Origin: Cyanidioschyzon merolae
Lineage: Eukaryota
Assembly: GCA_000091205.1 (NCBI GenBank)
Contig: AP006502.2
Length of the DNA: 64,000 nt
Strand: one strand, 5' to 3'
Of this stretch, positions 63,698-64,000 are shown piece after piece. Every line of letters begins with the position of its first letter. Position 1 is the first letter of the stretch. The notes below the pieces were generated by a model. It ran no database searches and was not told the DNA's origin. It saw only the letters and a program-made list of their open reading frames with translations. A program made the translations under genes and the position numbers.

Positions 63698-64000
63698 AAT
63701 GGCACTCGTTGATCCCATTGTTTGGATTGACTGCGAAATGACAGGGCTAGACCCTGAGAAGGACGCCTTGCTAGAAGTTGCCTGCATAGTCACGTCGGGC
63801 GACCTGAACACGACTGTGATAGAGGGTCCGAGCTTCATCCTGCAAGCACCGGCTGCCGCTCTCGCCGGCATGAGCGACAAAGTTCGAGCGATGCATTCGA
63901 ACTCAGGATTAATTGACGAAGTATATCAGGCGACACTGTCAGCAGAAAGCGCCGAGTTAAAGATTTTGGAGTTCTTAGAGGCAGTAGGTGTCGGACCGCA
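63698..64000 (+). CDS. REXO2: Oligoribonuclease (REXO2/Orn, DEDDh 3'-5' exonuclease). 5' part only; runs off the window. Not in the ORF track because no stop lies inside the window.
   Basis: Starts 'MALVDPIVWIDCEMTGLDPEKDALLEVACIVTSGDLN...MSDKVRAMHSNSGL' (DEDD motif I 'WIDCEMTGL'; 'H.NSGL' block). Confidence 0.75.

Noticed and set aside
1-64000. Reading the window as a bacterial accessory region or operons
   Set aside because: Gene content is eukaryotic (TFIIH p44, ORC4, ZPR1, DAD1, AGC kinase, PMM) and ORFs are 1-4.5 kb. There are no Shine-Dalgarno-spaced operons. The many TTG/GTG 'starts' in the ORF track are artefacts of prokaryote-style start rules.
1-64000. rRNA and tRNA genes
   Set aside because: No stretch resembling rRNA conserved cores was noticed by eye. 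tRNAs cannot be excluded without a dedicated scan (tRNAscan-SE). None are claimed.

Overview
This window reads as nuclear DNA from a GC-rich (~55-60%), intron-poor eukaryote. It is not a prokaryotic operon region.

About 17 host genes are present as long single-exon ORFs on both strands. Those I recognise are TFIIH p44, PRPP synthetase, DAD1/OST2, an AGC kinase, ORC4, an aldo-keto reductase, argininosuccinate synthase, ZPR1, a patatin-like phospholipase, cysteine synthase, phosphomannomutase and a partial oligoribonuclease at the 3' edge. Several of them carry N-terminal extensions that look like transit peptides. A few are plastid-flavoured (a photolyase/alpha-beta-hydrolase fusion and a fibrillin-like ORF), which hints at an algal or plastid-derived lineage. 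I cannot name the organism.

The most interesting content is repetitive.

(1) A family of TnpB/Fanzor-like (OMEGA-type, RuvC-fold) elements.
- One near full-length copy lies at 45246-47383 on the minus strand. It is AT-richer than its surroundings, carries an acidic tandem-repeat insertion, and is interrupted by in-frame TAG codons and one frameshift.
- At least six 3' fragments or short deletion derivatives sit at 350-843, 791-1254, about 5560-6250, 14247-14440, about 54040-54700 and 57715-58075.
- Every copy ends in the RuvC-III signature 'NRDxNA(A/V)xNI'.
- Every copy also ends in a conserved about 60-nt 3' block with a hairpin at or just after the stop codon.
- The hairpin stem differs in sequence between subfamilies yet keeps its pairing (GCGGA/TCCGC, AGACG/CGTCT, AGGC/GCCT). 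This is what a right-end / omega-RNA-like scaffold would look like.

(2) A second dispersed family, 'family B'.
- It is about 1.23 kb and present in 8 copies (about 15% of the window).
- It has conserved asymmetric termini and a 224-aa ORF with a degenerate RuvC-I-like 'PVIVG.G' block.
- It sits in intergenic spacers; two near-identical direct copies bracket the PMM gene.

(3) Smaller repeats.
- A about 300-bp 'family C' repeat occurs three times.
- A head-to-head palindrome of two TnpB-like fragments lies at 350-1254.
- Several young tandem duplications and satellites sit in divergent promoter regions.

Two host fusion proteins are notable: a DUG3-like class-II amidotransferase fused to WD40 and an M20/CNDP-like peptidase in one 1524-aa ORF, and photolyase-N fused to an alpha/beta hydrolase. 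All calls are from reading the sequence and the ORF track by eye. No searches were run.
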